A DNA stretch of 64,000 bases. It comes from an uncultured Fluviicola sp. Its GTDB lineage: Bacteria > Bacteroidota > Bacteroidia > Flavobacteriales_D > Crocinitomicaceae. Under the pieces are notes generated by a model. The model was not told the origin of the DNA. It saw only the letters and a list, made by a program, of their open reading frames with translations, and ran no database searches. The stretch is from contig CAZPDT010000016.1 of NCBI GenBank assembly GCA_964585545.1, forward strand, positions 17,845 through 81,844. Direction: 5' to 3'. The position numbers and the translations under genes are program-made. Of this stretch, positions 30,848-39,937 are shown piece by piece; position 1 is the stretch's first letter, and every line of letters starts with the position of its first letter.

Positions 30848-32422
30848 ATGGCAAATGTAAAACCAGCAGAAGTTTCTGCAATCTTAAGACAAGAGCTTTC
30901 AGGATATAAGTCCGAAGCCGAATTACAAGAAGTAGGTACTGTACTTTCAGTTGGAGATGGTATCGCCCGTATTTATGGGTTAGGTGGCGTCCAGTACGGA
31001 GAACTCATCGAATTTGAAGGCGGACTTCAAGGGATCGCTCAAAACCTAGAGGAGGATAACGTAGGGGCAGTGCTATTGGGAAACTCTTCAGACATTAAAG
31101 AAGGGGATACTGTAAAACGATTGGGCCGAATTGCCTCTGTAAAAGTAGGTGAAGGAATGGTTGGACGTGTTGTTGATACATTGGGTCAGCCTATAGACGG
31201 TAAAGGAAAAATTGAAGGAGAATTGTTTGAAATGCCAATTGAAAGAAAAGCTCCAGGTGTGATTTTCCGTGAGCCTGTTACAGAACCTTTGCAAACAGGT
31301 GTTAAAGCAATTGACTCTATGATTCCTGTAGGTAGAGGGCAGCGTGAGTTAATTATTGGTGATAGACAAACTGGAAAAACAACAGTTGCCATTGATGCTA
31401 TTATCAATCAAAAAGAATTTTACGACGCAGGAGAACCTGTTTATTGTATATATGTAGCTGTGGGGCAAAAAGCATCTACAGTAGCACTCATTGTTAAAAA
31501 ATTAGAAGAGGCGGGTGCAATGGCGTACACAACTGTTGTTGCAGCAAATGCTTCTGACCCAGCTCCAATGCAATATTTTGCCCCAATGACAGGTGCAGCT
31601 ATTGGAGAATATTTTAGAGATACTGGTCGACCTGGCTTAATCGTTTATGATGATTTATCAAAACAAGCTGTGGCGTATCGTGAAGTATCACTTTTATTGC
31701 GTCGACCTCCAGGTCGTGAGGCCTACCCAGGAGATGTGTTCTATCTTCACTCTAGATTGCTAGAGCGGGCTTCAAAAGTGATTAATGACGATGAAATTGC
31801 ATCTCAAATGAATGATTTGCCTGAATCCCTTAAAGGAAAGGTGAAAGGCGGAGGTTCTTTAACGGCTTTACCTATTATTGAAACCCAAGCAGGTGACGTT
31901 TCAGCATACATTCCAACCAACGTAATTTCTATTACTGATGGACAAATTTTCTTGGAGTCAGATTTGTTTAACGCAGGTATTCGTCCAGCAATTAACGTGG
32001 GAATCTCTGTTTCTCGTGTGGGTGGATCAGCACAAATTAAATCAATGAAGAAAGTTGCTGGTACATTAAAACTTGACCAAGCACAATATAGAGAACTTGA
32101 AGCGTTCGCTAAATTTGGTTCTGATTTAGATGCAGCAACAAAAAATGTATTGGGGAAAGGAGAGCGTAATGTTGAAATTCTTAAGCAAAATGAGGGTGAC
32201 CCTTATACTGTAGAAAGACAAACAGCAATTATCTTCGCGGGAACCAAAGGACTGATTCAAAATGTGCCTGTAGATAGAGTGAAAGCTTTTGAAACTGAAT
32301 ATTTAGATTATTTGGATGCAAAGCACAAAGACTTGATGAATGATCTCAAAGCAGGAAAATATACTGATGATATCCAAGAAACTTTAACGCGAGTAGCGAA
32401 AGAAATTGCAAGTAAATATTAA
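30848..32422 (+). CDS. atpA: F0F1 ATP synthase subunit alpha
   Basis: The Walker A is GDRQTGKT. Also present are [55 protein letters not shown] and ITDGQIFLE. Confidence 0.95.
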   Translation: MANVKPAEVSAILRQELSGYKSEAELQEVGTVLSVGDGIARIYGLGGVQYGELIEFEGGLQGIAQNLEEDNVGAVLLGNSSDIKEGDTVKRLGRIASVKVGEGMVGRVVDTLGQPIDGKGKIEGELFEMPIERKAPGVIFREPVTEPLQTGVKAIDSMIPVGRGQRELIIGDRQTGKTTVAIDAIINQKEFYDAGEPVYCIYVAVGQKASTVALIVKKLEEAGAMAYTTVVAANASDPAPMQYFAPMTGAAIGEYFRDTGRPGLIVYDDLSKQAVAYREVSLLLRRPPGREAYPGDVFYLHSRLLERASKVINDDEIASQMNDLPESLKGKVKGGGSLTALPIIETQAGDVSAYIPTNVISITDGQIFLESDLFNAGIRPAINVGISVSRVGGSAQIKSMKKVAGTLKLDQAQYRELEAFAKFGSDLDAATKNVLGKGERNVEILKQNEGDPYTVERQTAIIFAGTKGLIQNVPVDRVKAFETEYLDYLDAKHKDLMNDLKAGKYTDDIQETLTRVAKEIASKY

Positions 32423-32496
32423 TATATAGACCCAAAGGATTTTTCAAGCGGTCTCGATATTTACGTTTAGGTGATTATTTTAACTGTTTATTAGAA

Positions 32497-33375
32497 ATGG
32501 CAAATTTAAAGGAAATAAAAAATCGAATCAATTCAACGGCATCAACAATGCAGATTACGCAAGCAATGAAGCTTGTTTCTGCTGCGAAGTTGAATAAAGC
32601 TACCGGTGCAATCGTTCGATTACGTCCTTACGCTGAAAAAATTCAAGAAATTCTTCGCAACGTAAGCGCAACACTAGATTTATCTGAAAATAGATTCGCC
32701 GAAGAACGTGAGGTAAACACAACATTAATCATTGCAATATCTTCAAATAGAGGTCTTTGCGGAGGATTCAACAACAACATTACCAAGAAAATTAATGAAC
32801 TTTTAGCGGATGACCTTAAAGATACAAAGGTTGAAATATTGCCCATTGGTAAGAAAGTTAATGATGCTTTTAAAAACAGCGGACTCATAAAAATGCCAGA
32901 ACATTTAAACGATCCTGCTCATTTGTTTGACAATTTATCATTCGAAAATGCGTCAGAATACGCTCAATATGCTATGGATTCCTTTATTGAAGGTAAATAT
33001 GATAAGGTAATCATTGTTTACAATGAATTTAAAAATGCAGCCGTACAAATCATTCGAGGCGAACAACTGCTTCCCATTACTCCAGTTGAAAGTGAAACAG
33101 ATTCAAATGAAGTGGGAGATTATATCTTTGAGCCTAAAAAAGAGGAGATCATTAGTGAGATTTTACCCAAATCATTGAAATTGCAACTGTTTAAAGCCCT
33201 GTTGGACTCAAATGCAGCTGAACATGGAGCAAGAATGACTGCGATGCACAAAGCAACAGACAATGCAACAGAACTAAAACGCCAGTTGACATTGGATTAT
33301 AACAAAGCCCGTCAAGCTGCAATTACCAATGAAATTCTCGAAATTGTTGGTGGTGCGGAAGCATTAAATGGTTAA
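32497..33375 (+). CDS. atpG: F0F1 ATP synthase subunit gamma
   Basis: MANLKEIKNRI.S...T.QIT.AMKLVSAAKL at the N-terminus and LTLDYNKARQAAITNEILEIVGGAEAL at the C-terminus. Confidence 0.9.
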   Translation: MANLKEIKNRINSTASTMQITQAMKLVSAAKLNKATGAIVRLRPYAEKIQEILRNVSATLDLSENRFAEEREVNTTLIIAISSNRGLCGGFNNNITKKINELLADDLKDTKVEILPIGKKVNDAFKNSGLIKMPEHLNDPAHLFDNLSFENASEYAQYAMDSFIEGKYDKVIIVYNEFKNAAVQIIRGEQLLPITPVESETDSNEVGDYIFEPKKEEIISEILPKSLKLQLFKALLDSNAAEHGARMTAMHKATDNATELKRQLTLDYNKARQAAITNEILEIVGGAEALNG

Positions 33376-33432
33376 CTTCAATAGAACATAATTATTGTTT
33401 TTTTGTTTGTATAGAAATTAAAACATATAAAT

Positions 33433-33729
33433 ATGAGTAATTTCAATACAATCATCAAAGGAGAGCAACCTGTTTTGGTCGACTTTTACGCCGATTGGTG
33501 TGGTCCATGCCAAACAATGGGACCTGTAATAGATGACATCAAGAATATTTATGGCGACCAGTTGCGTGTATTAAAAATTAATGTTGACAATAACCAAGCT
33601 GCTGCACAAAAGTATAAAGTGCGGGGTGTACCTACATTTCTTCTTTTTAAAAGCGGAGAAATCAGTTGGCGTGCTGCTGGAATTCAAACCCGTGGGAACA
33701 TTAAAGCTGAAATCGATAAGTTGCTGTAA
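33433..33729 (+). CDS. trxA: Thioredoxin
   Basis: 98 aa with VLVDFYADWCGPCQ (WCGPC active site) and RGVPTFLLFK. Confidence 0.9.
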   Translation: MSNFNTIIKGEQPVLVDFYADWCGPCQTMGPVIDDIKNIYGDQLRVLKINVDNNQAAAQKYKVRGVPTFLLFKSGEISWRAAGIQTRGNIKAEIDKLL

Positions 33730-34034
33730 TGCTATTTGTATTTGCGTTGTTTTGACTATATAGTGTCTGGTCGGTAACACAACAAATTCAAAATTGATTC
33801 TCTTTATAAATTCTATGGTATGGGTTTAAGTCACTATATTTCTTTGTATCCCCATTTTCAGGGCTTTTAACCACTAAATCATTATTCAAAAATATAGTAT
33901 TAAATCGTTTTCCCCATAAGGAACACCGGATCCGTCAACATGGTGTTCAGCGTTGTCCAACTTAGCGAAGCGATCTCATGACGGTAGGGAATAATCGGCA
34001 CACCGAACACTTAGTTATTTAGCGGCTGGTTTTA

Positions 34035-34271
34035 TTATTCTTCCGTTTTTCTAATCATAAAATCCACAAAACTTTCTCCGCTTGGATCTTGATGATAGCC
34101 GTAAGACACTACGTTGGGAATGCCAAGACTATCTCCCCATTGTTTTAATGTTCTGGCGTGGAATGAATGGTGGTTTAAAATGTTTGTTTGTGTCGGCTCA
34201 ACAACAGGTACTTGAGGGTTGTCAGCCCAAAACTCGGGGTCATCAATACTCATCATAGCCAACATATCCAC
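34035..34271 (-). CDS. Hypothetical 78-aa ORF, possibly the 3' remnant of a gene cut by IS copy A
   Basis: The ORF starts with GTG about 40 nt from the IS end at 34312. Its frame stays open upstream into the IS. No family was recognised. Confidence 0.25.
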   Translation of the reverse strand: MDMLAMMSIDDPEFWADNPQVPVVEPTQTNILNHHSFHARTLKQWGDSLGIPNVVSYGYHQDPSGESFVDFMIRKTEE

Positions 34272-34302
34272 CTTTGCTCTGTAATCGATTATGGCAGGTG
34301 AA

Positions 34303-35526
34303 TTAAACTGGCTTGTAAAAATGAAACTTTAGCACTTTTAGAACGGTTTTGGGTAAAAATAACAGCTTTTTGAGCCGATTTAAGACATATTTGGCTATTT
34401 CCTTGGCTGTAACTCCCAGATTCACCATTCTTTTTAAGTTGTAAGCCAATGCAATTAAACCAAAATCTGCTTCTGCTCTATGAAGTCCTTTTTTGGTCAT
34501 GATGTGATCAAATCCCCACTGTCTTTTTATGGTTCCATAAGGATGTTCAACCAATGCTTGCCGTTGTTTATATAGTTTAATATTTTCGGCTACGCGATGT
34601 GCATTGTTTTGAATGTTTTGAGTGAATTCTGAGCGTTGAATAACTTTTCCGTTAATTTTTGAAGTGGTACACTCACTGCGAACAGGACATGTTTTACATG
34701 CCTTGGCTTTGTATTGTTTAAATCGGTAGTTTCTAGCTTTGTATTCGGTTTGATTTGAAATGAGTTCATTTCCTTGCGGACAAGTATAGCTGTCTGTTTT
34801 ATCGTTATAAATAAAGTTTTCCGAGTTATAAGCTGGGTTTGGAGCTTGACTGGATCTACCGATATTTGGAATGGCAACTAAGGTTTTTATTTCTAGATTA
34901 TCAGCGGTTTTAAATTCACTTCCTGTGTGATAACCTTTATCATAAAGCGCTGTAAATTTATTGGTTTTTAGAATGGTTTTTGCTCTTCGGAGCATCATTC
35001 CCATTGCCTTTTTATCGTTTTGGTTAGTGAGTTTATAGTCAAGTAATAATTTGTGTTTTGCATCAACGGTGGTTTGAGCGGTATAACAAACTTCGGTAAT
35101 TGTTCCTCTTACTATTTGATGCCTGCTGTCTAGATCGGAAGTGGAAAGTTGAGGGTTTTCGGAAGACTTATCTTCGTCTAGCTTTTCTTGTATTTGCTCA
35201 TACTTTTTACGCTGAGTCTTACGCAGTTCTACTTGTTTTTCTAACTTCTCTTTTTGATCTCCATCAGCTGTAGATAAGGCTGTATTGTGTTCTTCAAGCT
35301 TGTTGTCAATATACTCTAAATGACGTTTGATTTTCTTTTTATTGTAATTGTTCTTCTTACTGTTTTGTGCTCGTAGTTTAGTGGAGTCTCCAGCAATCAA
35401 AATTCCTCCAATAAGGTTAAAGTTTTTAGCAATTTCAACACTATAACGAAAAACACGCTTGATGGCTTTGGGGTTATCTTTTCTAAACCTGGCAATGGTA
35501 TTGTGATCTGGTTTTAGATTTTTCAA
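34303..35526 (-). CDS. IS1182-like transposase, catalytic (DDE) part
   Basis: (W)LLKNLKPDHNTIARFRKDNPKAIKRVF..., ...DKGYHTG..., a Cys cluster (CPQG...CKTCPVRSEC) and ...EHPYGTIKRQWG match the IS1182/IS5-type layout. The stop codon lies just outside the shared IS sequence. Confidence 0.75.
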   Translation of the reverse strand: MKNLKPDHNTIARFRKDNPKAIKRVFRYSVEIAKNFNLIGGILIAGDSTKLRAQNSKKNNYNKKKIKRHLEYIDNKLEEHNTALSTADGDQKEKLEKQVELRKTQRKKYEQIQEKLDEDKSSENPQLSTSDLDSRHQIVRGTITEVCYTAQTTVDAKHKLLLDYKLTNQNDKKAMGMMLRRAKTILKTNKFTALYDKGYHTGSEFKTADNLEIKTLVAIPNIGRSSQAPNPAYNSENFIYNDKTDSYTCPQGNELISNQTEYKARNYRFKQYKAKACKTCPVRSECTTSKINGKVIQRSEFTQNIQNNAHRVAENIKLYKQRQALVEHPYGTIKRQWGFDHIMTKKGLHRAEADFGLIALAYNLKRMVNLGVTAKEIAKYVLNRLKKLLFLPKTVLKVLKFHFYKPV

Positions 35527-35988
35527 AAGCCAAATTACTTCTAGATTACGATGACATTATTCACAAGTGTATATTTTTATAGGTGTTCATGAGATCGCTT
35601 TGCTAAGTTCTTTTTCTAATTGTCGGGAAGAACGCATGCGGTTCATGTAACCATAGATGTATAATTTTAATAAATCTGCGGGATTATACGGCGGTCTTCC
35701 CTGAGCAGGCAATGACTCAAATCCCATGTCATGTAAATTGAGGCTTTCTACAAACTCATCGATAAATCGTACGGAGTTGTCCTGTGGAATCATATCATCC
35801 ATACAAGTAGTGTATAAAGCCAGTTGTTGTCTGTTTTCTCCTTGTTGATATTCCATACTTAAAGATACGAAAAACCAAGGGTGGTTGGATATTTATGTTG
35901 GTAGGTTTTCAACAGAGTTATTAAGTTTTGAGACAGTCTGACGGTCTTGTATATGAAAAGTTGCGGATTTTATGCACTAACTTTTCGG
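34312..35988 (-). mobile_element. IS1182-family-like insertion sequence, copy A (about 1677 bp)
   Basis: Homology with copy B starts at CTTGTAAAAATGAAAC (34312). It fades through a diverged right end that finishes near ...CACTAACTTTTCGG (35988). The element carries a split DDE transposase. Confidence 0.7.
35587..35856 (-). CDS. IS1182-like transposase, N-terminal (DUF772-type) part
   Basis: MEYQQGENRQQLALYT...IPQDNSVRFID.FVESL...GRPPYNPADLLKLYIYGYMNRMRSSRQLEKE. It is in the same frame as the catalytic part but separated from it by TGA and TAA. Confidence 0.75.
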   Translation of the reverse strand: MEYQQGENRQQLALYTTCMDDMIPQDNSVRFIDEFVESLNLHDMGFESLPAQGRPPYNPADLLKLYIYGYMNRMRSSRQLEKELSKAIS

Positions 35989-36335
35989 ATTATAACGGAC
36001 CTTTAATTTATTCATTTTGTTTCGATTAAGCGATTAAACCGCTATTTTTTATATATTTTGTTGTACACTGGCTTTTTTCGTTCAGCTTGTCATTCAGCGT
36101 TGGCGAAAGACATACGCTGCCTGCAATTTTGGGCTTGAGCTCTGGCCGGTGCGAAACGATAGTTCACGAACACCAAAAAGTAATTTTAAAAACCGTGAGT
36201 AATTGCGAATGTGTATGGCTTTGTGCGTTGGCTTTCATCTAATTTATTTCATTTGATATAGGATTTTTACTCTCCGAAAAAACGATTCCATTCAGATAAT
36301 TTGAATCTGATGTTTTATCTGACTTTAACCATAGA

Positions 36336-39300
36336 TTAAACACTTAATATTGGCATTAATAAATCACGTAACTCAATTTTCATTGCTTTTAAGTTATTGC
36401 GTATCTCGTTGTCTTTTTCTCTGAGTTTTTGGTAGGCATTATGTATGATTGATATTTGCTCTTCTTGCGATTTACCTTCAATCGACTCAAAATCTCGTTC
36501 TGCATATTGAATAAAATGTAACCCTACTTTTTTAAACTCTTCTGGGAAATACAATTCAAAAACCATAGCATCTATTACTTCTTCAAAGGTTTCTGAAATA
36601 TGAGAGTTGGGAACGTGTTCGTTGAGTTGTTTGTCTTGAGCTAAAATGAAAAGAATGTAATCAACCAACTTTACATAAACTTCGACAGAAGTTGGCTTTT
36701 TTATAGGAATTCCTAACAATGGTTCTTTGTCAATCTGATAATTATTCCCTTGCATTTTACCTTTATATCTCAACCAAAATTTAACTAATGAAGAGTTGAA
36801 TAATGCTGTTAGATATTTTAAGTTAAATCTATTCGATTTTATCACATAGAATGTTGCAGATAAATAACTATCAAAATCAAGAAAGGTAAATATAGGTACC
36901 GAAGGACATTTTCTTTGAACAGCTATTTTTTCACCAATAAAAAAATCTTCTTTTCTTGCTCTGTGTAAACCGTATGGTTTATTATCTGATGTTATAATAT
37001 GTTGAAATTTATCTAAATGACTTTTCAAGTTAGGATAAGCATCTAATGAATTTTCCTTTTTAAAACTTGAATCTGTGTAAATAATGAACTTATCATTAGA
37101 TTTTTTTCCAAAGTATTTTTGAAAATGTCTTGTATCAGAATAATAACGCTTAAGAAAACTAATCTCGTTATCATTTAAATTTAAGCTTCCAACCTCATAA
37201 TGGTTTAAACCAAAAATACCATCTCCCACACGATAAGAGTTATCAAGTTTTGGTAACATTTTTTTTGCTACAAAATCATAATGAGGATGTATTCCATTTG
37301 CAACTTCAGAATCATTTAAAAAATGCACTTCATTGTCTAAAATTAGTTGTAAAGTATGCTCTACTTCAGGGCTGTTAAAAGTAATTAGTTTACCAACGTA
37401 ATTTTCAGAATCAAAATCTATAAAGTATTTTTTAGCAAACGTTTGATTTGTTTCAAAATTTAGAAAATCTGATAGTTGACTTTGTTTAATATCATCAATC
37501 AACACCGAATACTTTAGTGGATAATTTTCTCTTGGTGATTTTTTTTCGAAAACATATACCATTGTTTGTATTCCAGCGGTTTTAAATACTTTGTGATTCC
37601 AAAAATCGGTGAAGAGTTTAATTTCTGTTTCTTTTAAAACCTTAGTTCTAAATTTGGATGCACCTGCACTTGTTATCCAATTATTTTGAGCAATAAAACA
37701 CTCAATACCATTTAGTTTTAACAAGTCAATGCACTTGCAAGCAAATCCATACCATAAGTCCATCTTGCCTTGATAGTATGGTGAATCTCTAAATCCTTCA
37801 AAAGCTGATTTATTCGTATATTCTTTTATATACGGTGGATTACCAATCACAATATCAAAACCTTCAAAGTTTCCTTCTTTATCTAATAGATTAGGGAACT
37901 CAAAACGCCATTCTACAGCTTCTTTAAATATTTTGGCTTCTACTCGGTCTTTTTTCTCTTGTTCTAGTTTGGCTATTTCTTTCCTTAGTTTGGCGTTTCT
38001 ACGTTTTTCAGCAGCCGTTTGTTTGTGTTCAAATAAGCCTACGTTAATGTATTGGTTTAACTCATATTTTTTGTCATTCAGTTTTTTAGATTCCTTACTA
38101 GAAAAGTAGGTTTTAAAAGCACTTTTTACATCTTCTATAAGTTGCTTAAACTCTTCCTTTTTGTCGTGATTGGCTTCGTGCATATAGTCATTTACCAATG
38201 CCTTGTATTTATCTAAATCTACTTTATCTTCTTCTGCACGCCCTTTATTAAATTCTTTAAAAACTTGGTCTATAGGCGTGTCTAATTCATAACGACTTAT
38301 TAAAGAATTACCGCAAATAATTTTATAATCTAAGTTTGGTAATGGTCTTGGTGTAGGTTCGTCCACAACTAAAGACAACCAAAATCGTAATTGGGCAATA
38401 TCTACAGCACCTTCTTCAATATCTACACCATAAATAGAGTTTTCTATAATGCGTTCTTTTACCCTAGCAGGACTCCAAGCTTCGTAACCTTGCTCAAATG
38501 CAATGAGGCCTTTTAAGGCAAAAATTTCGTGTAATAATCCCATTGGGAATGCACCAGAACCAATGGCAGGGTCCAAAATTTTTACTTTGCTTAACAATGC
38601 GTTGATTTCCTCTAGTTCATTTTCTGTTAGTTTACCCTGTTTTTTTTGCTTTACGAAAATGCTAATATCTTCTTTAGCTGTAGTTGAAAGATGCGTATGC
38701 AAGTATTCTATTAAAGACTCTTGTGTCATATAATGCACAATTTCTTTAGGTGTATAAAACGCACCTTTGTCTTTGTTGTCTTCCAGTAAATTCTCAAAAA
38801 TGTGTCCTAACATTTCAGGGTCAACACCAATGTCTTGGTCATCAGGACTACTTTCGTCAACCGTAAAATTGTATTGGCTGAAAAAGGCTAGTAAATCTAT
38901 AAATCGTTGTGGTTCAAATTGTATGTCTATTGGCTCTACATTATCTTTTTCAAACAGACCTCCGTTTAAGTATGGGATACGTGAATTAGTAACCGAGAAA
39001 ATATCATTGTTTTCAGAACGGTCAGCATTTAAGGTTTCAAAGAATAAAGGTGCTAAAGCTTTTTCGTAGAAATTGTTTTTGTCTGGAAATTCTTCAAACA
39101 ATCGAAATAAAAAGTCTAGTTGTCCTTCGCCCCAATCTTTGTCTAAAGGCACACCCATCCAACCTTTTTTCTGTAGGAAGAACAAAAACACAATACGACC
39201 TAAAAACTTTTTCACAAAATCACTGACTAAATGTTCTGCTTTTTTGTGTTTGTCTTCCAAAGTACCATTGGTAGATACTTGGTTAAGAAAATGGGTAAAT

Positions 39301-39935
39301 GCTTTTGGGTTATCTACAATATAACTTACTAAGGTTTCGTATTGATGGAAATAACCATTGTAAAACTCTTTGGATAGTTTTTCTACGGAGAATGCTTTTA
39401 AAATATCTTCGAGTGTAAACTCTCTAGAATTGATCTGATTAAAAAGCCATTCAAACTGGTTTACAGCTGTTTTTACGGTTTCATTTTGACCTAGAAGGTA
39501 CGTATATCGTTTTGGATGCGTTTCAGTCTTCACTTCGTTGTTATCGGCATCCCAATACAATGATTTAGAAATAAAAGTAAATCGCCAATCTGAAGCTTTT
39601 TTGTTGTAATAGGTAATGATAGCACCATCTATATATCCAAAGCCAATTTCGCTAGACATTATGTTTCTCAGTCCAACTCTATTTCTGGTTACTTGTTGAT
39701 TTTCTTTCAATTCAACTTCGTAGAATTTAATTACTCTATCATCTGACAGGGTAATATCACCATATTCCCAAATGTGTTCTACATCTTTGTGTTTAACCAA
39801 TGAATCGTCTTTTAAATCCACTGGTGTTTCAAAGTAACTTGCAGAAATATCTCTAAAAAGTTCTTTTAAAAATCCCTTCCAAATTGAGCTTTGGTATGGA
39901 GATTTGAAAATATTATGTAATGTATCTTTATTCAC
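36336..39935 (-). CDS. Eco57I/MmeI-like (type IIG/IIL-like) N6-adenine DNA methyltransferase with a C-terminal target-recognition domain and a possible N-terminal D..ExK nuclease motif
   Basis: GTG start, 1199 aa. Motifs: GAFYTPKEIV (motif X), ILDPAIGSGAFP (motif I), YGVDIEEGAVDIAQLRFWL, CGNSLI and EWRFEFP...FDIVIGNPPYIKEY (motif IV NPPY). The TRD is TaqI_C-like (YLTALFNSSLVKFWL). The N-terminus GDITLSDDRVIKFYEVELK resembles the D-x9-ExK arrangement of MmeI. Confidence 0.75.
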   Translation of the reverse strand: MNKDTLHNIFKSPYQSSIWKGFLKELFRDISASYFETPVDLKDDSLVKHKDVEHIWEYGDITLSDDRVIKFYEVELKENQQVTRNRVGLRNIMSSEIGFGYIDGAIITYYNKKASDWRFTFISKSLYWDADNNEVKTETHPKRYTYLLGQNETVKTAVNQFEWLFNQINSREFTLEDILKAFSVEKLSKEFYNGYFHQYETLVSYIVDNPKAFTHFLNQVSTNGTLEDKHKKAEHLVSDFVKKFLGRIVFLFFLQKKGWMGVPLDKDWGEGQLDFLFRLFEEFPDKNNFYEKALAPLFFETLNADRSENNDIFSVTNSRIPYLNGGLFEKDNVEPIDIQFEPQRFIDLLAFFSQYNFTVDESSPDDQDIGVDPEMLGHIFENLLEDNKDKGAFYTPKEIVHYMTQESLIEYLHTHLSTTAKEDISIFVKQKKQGKLTENELEEINALLSKVKILDPAIGSGAFPMGLLHEIFALKGLIAFEQGYEAWSPARVKERIIENSIYGVDIEEGAVDIAQLRFWLSLVVDEPTPRPLPNLDYKIICGNSLISRYELDTPIDQVFKEFNKGRAEEDKVDLDKYKALVNDYMHEANHDKKEEFKQLIEDVKSAFKTYFSSKESKKLNDKKYELNQYINVGLFEHKQTAAEKRRNAKLRKEIAKLEQEKKDRVEAKIFKEAVEWRFEFPNLLDKEGNFEGFDIVIGNPPYIKEYTNKSAFEGFRDSPYYQGKMDLWYGFACKCIDLLKLNGIECFIAQNNWITSAGASKFRTKVLKETEIKLFTDFWNHKVFKTAGIQTMVYVFEKKSPRENYPLKYSVLIDDIKQSQLSDFLNFETNQTFAKKYFIDFDSENYVGKLITFNSPEVEHTLQLILDNEVHFLNDSEVANGIHPHYDFVAKKMLPKLDNSYRVGDGIFGLNHYEVGSLNLNDNEISFLKRYYSDTRHFQKYFGKKSNDKFIIYTDSSFKKENSLDAYPNLKSHLDKFQHIITSDNKPYGLHRARKEDFFIGEKIAVQRKCPSVPIFTFLDFDSYLSATFYVIKSNRFNLKYLTALFNSSLVKFWLRYKGKMQGNNYQIDKEPLLGIPIKKPTSVEVYVKLVDYILFILAQDKQLNEHVPNSHISETFEEVIDAMVFELYFPEEFKKVGLHFIQYAERDFESIEGKSQEEQISIIHNAYQKLREKDNEIRNNLKAMKIELRDLLMPILSV

Positions 39936-39937
39936 GA

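Noticed and set aside
35557-35610. T4 gene-60-style translational bypass of the 51-nt transposase insert. A GAA codon precedes the insert and a second GAA lies near its end, which looks like take-off and landing codons.
   Set aside because: The second GAA (35562-35560) is followed directly by the TAA, so re-pairing there would still terminate. There is also no stop codon immediately after the putative take-off codon. I kept only the generic possibility of recoding in the finding.
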